Below, piece by piece: positions 57,376-60,788 of a stretch of DNA of 60,788 bases. Every line of letters begins with the position of its first letter. Position 1 is the stretch's first letter. The DNA comes from Bacteroidota bacterium. Its GTDB lineage: Bacteria; Bacteroidota; Bacteroidia; Cytophagales; Cyclobacteriaceae. Under the pieces are notes generated by a model. It saw only the letters and a list, made by a program, of their open reading frames with translations. It did no database searches and was not told the DNA's origin. Where the stretch lies: assembly GCA_024643595.1 (NCBI GenBank), contig JAHEMS010000001.1:1-60788 (forward strand), given 5' to 3'. The position numbers and the translations under genes are program-made.

Positions 57376-58041
57376 TTACTTTCCTTTTTTGAACACGGCT
57401 GAGAAAAGAGCGTCAGGATTAAGGCCTTTAAAGTTGCTAATCACAAAATCTGTATGGCTAAGTTCTTCCACTGAATGTGTAGTGGCAACACCCACTACTT
57501 TTGCCCCTGCTCTTCTGGCAGATTCGACTCCTGATAGTGAATCTTCAAATACAACACATTGGTTTGGATTATAACCTATTTTTTCTGCGACTTTTAAATA
57601 AATTTCCGGATTAGGTTTGCCATGTTCAACATCCGATTCATCTAAAATTGCTGAAAAGTATTCTCCAAGGCCGGTATGTGAAAGAACAAAGTCCACATTA
57701 CTTCGTGGTGCCGAAGTTCCAATGGCTGTTGGGATATGATTTAGTTGCAGACTTTTAAGAAATTCTGGTAATCCTTCCAGTGCAACAATGTCCATTTTAT
57801 AAACATCCCTAAACAGGCTTTCTTTTTCCTCTCCATAGCGTGTCAATTCTTCTCTGGAAAGAGGTCCGAATAAATTGGCAATCCATTCTTTGTTGGTCCG
57901 CCCATAGATTTTTTTGATCAGCTCCTCATCCGATAACTGAAATCCATATTTTTCACAAAACTGACGAAGTGAAATTTTGTGAAAAGGATTACTGTCGATA
58001 ATCACACCATCCATGTCAAAAATTGCAGCAAATGAACTCAT
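57376..58041 (-). CDS. HAD-family phosphatase (beta-phosphoglucomutase-like)
   Basis: IFDMDGVI, GTSA, GKPNPEIY, VFEDS. Confidence 0.9.
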   Translation of the reverse strand: MSSFAAIFDMDGVIIDSNPFHKISLRQFCEKYGFQLSDEELIKKIYGRTNKEWIANLFGPLSREELTRYGEEKESLFRDVYKMDIVALEGLPEFLKSLQLNHIPTAIGTSAPRSNVDFVLSHTGLGEYFSAILDESDVEHGKPNPEIYLKVAEKIGYNPNQCVVFEDSLSGVESARRAGAKVVGVATTHSVEELSHTDFVISNFKGLNPDALFSAVFKKGK

Positions 58042-58053
58042 AAGGAGAAGGAA

Positions 58054-60228
58054 TTAATGAACAACAAATTTTTTGCCCATAGTTTTTCCGTTGTAGAAAA
58101 AGCGTGCAATATAGATTCCGGAAGGCAATCCGGAAATGATAATCGGATATTCCTGATTGGCAGGAATAAAGTAGGCCTCTGAAAGTTTTTGACCCAACGT
58201 ATTGTAAAACTGAACCAAGACATTTCTATCCGGCTTGATTTTCATTTCACCGTTTTTCAATACTGGATTAGGAAAGAGATCAATCACTGGATTTTCAGGA
58301 AGATCTCTTCCGCCATCATTTTTTAAAATATGAAGTCCGCCCAAGGCATTTCCAACCATTATGGCGGGTTTATCTGTATTAAAAATATTGGTCACTACAG
58401 GCCGTATACGACCTCCTAAATTTTTTGACTCGTAGGTTTCCGTTTGGTAATTATAGATTAGATTTTTTATAGGATCCAGATTCGTGTTTTGCGATCGAAA
58501 GTCGCCATAAATAAAAATATAACCTTTTTGATTAGCCAGTATTAAATCGGCACGGCCATCTGCGTCAAGGTCTCCTACTGCTAATGCCGGGCTTTGTCTT
58601 TCAATGCTGGGACCAAGACCATAATAGGCATCATCTTCCAGTTCGTAATTAAATTCTCCAGCAGGTCCTTGATTCTTCCAGTACTCGACAGCTCCATTAG
58701 CTTTGCCAACTAGCAGGTCAGTAAGTCCATCCTGATTGATGTCTTCAACATGAATATTTTCTGTCTGTTCAATAATGAAGTTGGTCGACTCTAATGGTTG
58801 CCCGGAGAGATCCAGACGACTGCTACTTAAGTTAGGTAAATAAAGCAAAGAGGTTATTCCGGTTTGCCTACTGGTTCCCGTAAAGACAAAATCCATGGTG
58901 CCATCATTATTGATGTCTGCGAATTGAATTTTAATATTGTATTGGTTCGCTAATGAAAGATTGATATAGTCTGCGGTGATGAATTTGAATTTAGGGGCCT
59001 GCCGGGATCCAGTGTTTTCAAAGAAAGTAACTGAACCATTGAAATCCGCGTTCGCATGGTTGCTGGCAAAAAGATCAAGGTCACCATCGCCTTCGGCATC
59101 AATCAGAGCGGGTGCAACATAGTCACCCAGCTCAATCATATCTTCTTGCAGGAAATTATTTTTTTGATAGGTAAACTGTGGTAATTCATTAGTTCCCGTG
59201 TTCTTGTAAAACCAGACAGAATTTTTAAAGTCGGTACTTAGAACATTTCGGGAATATAAATTGGGAGAAGCAATAAGATCTTTCACTCCGTCCATATCAA
59301 TATCTTCCAGAAAAGTGGCAGGAAAATTTATCAACGCAATTGGATTTGAAATGGGAAAACGAACCGCGGTGGTCATCAGCGCATCTTCTTTGGTTCCCTC
59401 GTTTTCAAGCAGATAAACATACGGGCAATCTTCCTCTGAATATAATATCTCCCGGTCTCCATCATTATCCAGATCCAGCGTAAGCAGGGCTTTGCCTCCA
59501 GCATGTTGAATTCGTCCACCGCCTAATTCTGAACAAGTCTCGCCAAACGCAAATACTCCACAACGACACTCTTCAAAATTTCCAAAATTTTGAGTGACAC
59601 GCTCGAGCTGCAACGAATCACAGGTGCCGGTGCGTTCAATGCTCAGATTTTTGTGCCACTCCACACTACCAATTCCAACGAATCGAACATTGAGAATATC
59701 AAGATCTCCATCCCCATCGATATCATCTATGGCAGGAATGTCCGATTCATTTACTTTTAAATTAATGTTGCTGGTGAATCCCTTAGTAAGTAAAGGAAAC
59801 CCAGGATTGAAGATTCGCCATTTTAACTTTTCACCAGGTGCGGTAATATTAACAAATACAATGATGCCGAACGGGTCGCTGGTGAATAGGTCTTTTTTTC
59901 CATCGCAATTGAAATCACGTAGTAATATCCATTGTGTTATTGCTGCAGGGAACAGGGCTTCATAATCTGGAGCAGCAATAAAATGATTATTCTCGTTAAT
60001 GAAGGTTATTAATTTATTGGCTGTACGATCGAATAGAATAAGATCTGCCTTTCCATCTCCGTTGAGGTCCATGGTATTCACCTGAACTGAATTTAGTCCA
60101 CCTGCCCAGGGAAGTTTTATTAATTTGCCATCCACCTCCACCTCAATCTCCTGATGTTGTTCATAGGTAAACTGGGCGGTTGCCCAGGGTGAGACCATAA
60201 TAAAAAGAAAAAAGAAAAAAAATTTCAT
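58054..60228 (-). CDS. FG-GAP/VCBS-repeat protein with T9SS type A C-terminal sorting domain
   Basis: Signal peptide; repeated DxDGDGxxDL loops; C-terminal FPNP...YNTLGQ...SGIYIARF...KKFVV. Confidence 0.88.
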   Translation of the reverse strand: MKFFFFFLFIMVSPWATAQFTYEQHQEIEVEVDGKLIKLPWAGGLNSVQVNTMDLNGDGKADLILFDRTANKLITFINENNHFIAAPDYEALFPAAITQWILLRDFNCDGKKDLFTSDPFGIIVFVNITAPGEKLKWRIFNPGFPLLTKGFTSNINLKVNESDIPAIDDIDGDGDLDILNVRFVGIGSVEWHKNLSIERTGTCDSLQLERVTQNFGNFEECRCGVFAFGETCSELGGGRIQHAGGKALLTLDLDNDGDREILYSEEDCPYVYLLENEGTKEDALMTTAVRFPISNPIALINFPATFLEDIDMDGVKDLIASPNLYSRNVLSTDFKNSVWFYKNTGTNELPQFTYQKNNFLQEDMIELGDYVAPALIDAEGDGDLDLFASNHANADFNGSVTFFENTGSRQAPKFKFITADYINLSLANQYNIKIQFADINNDGTMDFVFTGTSRQTGITSLLYLPNLSSSRLDLSGQPLESTNFIIEQTENIHVEDINQDGLTDLLVGKANGAVEYWKNQGPAGEFNYELEDDAYYGLGPSIERQSPALAVGDLDADGRADLILANQKGYIFIYGDFRSQNTNLDPIKNLIYNYQTETYESKNLGGRIRPVVTNIFNTDKPAIMVGNALGGLHILKNDGGRDLPENPVIDLFPNPVLKNGEMKIKPDRNVLVQFYNTLGQKLSEAYFIPANQEYPIIISGLPSGIYIARFFYNGKTMGKKFVVH

Positions 60229-60292
60229 TGAAAATATTCCTGCTTTATAACGGTGTGCAAGGCACACGTGTTATCTTGACGGCAAGATACTT

Positions 60293-60300
60293 TACCTTTG
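60293..60300 (+). promoter_or_regulatory. -7 promoter element TACCTTTG upstream of murF
   Basis: Exact TAnnTTTG directly before the ATGs at 60308 and 60314. Confidence 0.6.
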
Positions 60301-60313
60301 AGTATATATGGTT

Positions 60314-60788
60314 ATGAACATTGAAAAGCTCTATGAAATTTTTAAAGTATCCGGTAAAGTTTCTACAGATACCAGACGGGTTATTCCCGGCACTGTTTTT
60401 TTTGCTTTACGCGGTGATACATTCAACGGCAATGAGTTTGCTGAAGAGGCATTTAATAAAGGTGCCAGCTGTGTTGTTATTGACGACCCAAACTATCAAA
60501 TCGATGATCGTTGTGTCCTGGTCGATAACTCATTGGAAGCCCTGCAGGAATTGGCAAAATTTCACAGGTCAAAACTCACTATTCCAATAATAGGGTTAAC
60601 GGGTTCCAATGGAAAAACCACCAGTAAAGAGTTGTTGAATGTTGTACTCAGTAAAAAATTCAAGACCCATGCTACAAAGGGAAATCTGAATAACCATATT
60701 GGTGTTCCACTCACCGTATTAGCCATTGATTCATCGCATGAAATAGCAGTGGTGGAGATGGGGGCCAACCACCTTGGGGAAATTGGCT
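60314..60788 (+). CDS. murF: UDP-N-acetylmuramoyl-tripeptide--D-Ala-D-Ala ligase, truncated by the window end
   Basis: Manual translation: STDTR, FFALRG..FNG, GLTGSNGKTTSKEL, GNLNNHIGVP, VVEMGANH. Missing from the ORF track because there is no stop in the window. Confidence 0.95.
   Translation, partial: MNIEKLYEIFKVSGKVSTDTRRVIPGTVFFALRGDTFNGNEFAEEAFNKGASCVVIDDPNYQIDDRCVLVDNSLEALQELAKFHRSKLTIPIIGLTGSNGKTTSKELLNVVLSKKFKTHATKGNLNNHIGVPLTVLAIDSSHEIAVVEMGANHLGEIG

Overview
A gene-dense, AT-rich chromosomal segment from a Bacteroidota bacterium, most likely Cytophagales. The assignment rests on TAnnTTTG promoters, no obvious Shine-Dalgarno motifs, a T9SS-type C-terminal domain and the rpmB-rpmG-DUF4295-ftsY gene order. 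About 58 protein genes are supported, mostly housekeeping or metabolic (pepP, rmuC, rocD, prmC, ribD, sod, chrA, tonB, fused E1 dehydrogenase, ispF, mnmD, aguB/aguA, bshC, rimO, ftsY, rpmG, rpmB, partial murF). I saw no rRNA, tRNA, CRISPR array, transposase, integrase or phage gene. Best leads: (1) an 871-aa, signal-peptide-bearing, Cys-free, very basic protein with 12 exact-length 19-aa repeats in a higher-order pattern; (2) a peptide-ligase cluster of unknown product (esterases, ATP-grasp, YbdK-type ligase, class I amidotransferase, circularly permuted ATP-grasp, degenerate thiamine pyrophosphokinase-like protein); (3) an export-oriented accessory block (beta-helix plus diheme cytochrome lipoproteins, signal-bearing DUF711, sulfatase, Tat-exported PLP enzyme whose start codon sits inside a perfect 15-bp inverted repeat); (4) smaller non-coding signals, including a recurring AAC-N16/17-CGTTA promoter-like motif and a WG-repeat fragment in frame behind a TGA stop. 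All family calls come from motif recognition by eye; no searches were run.
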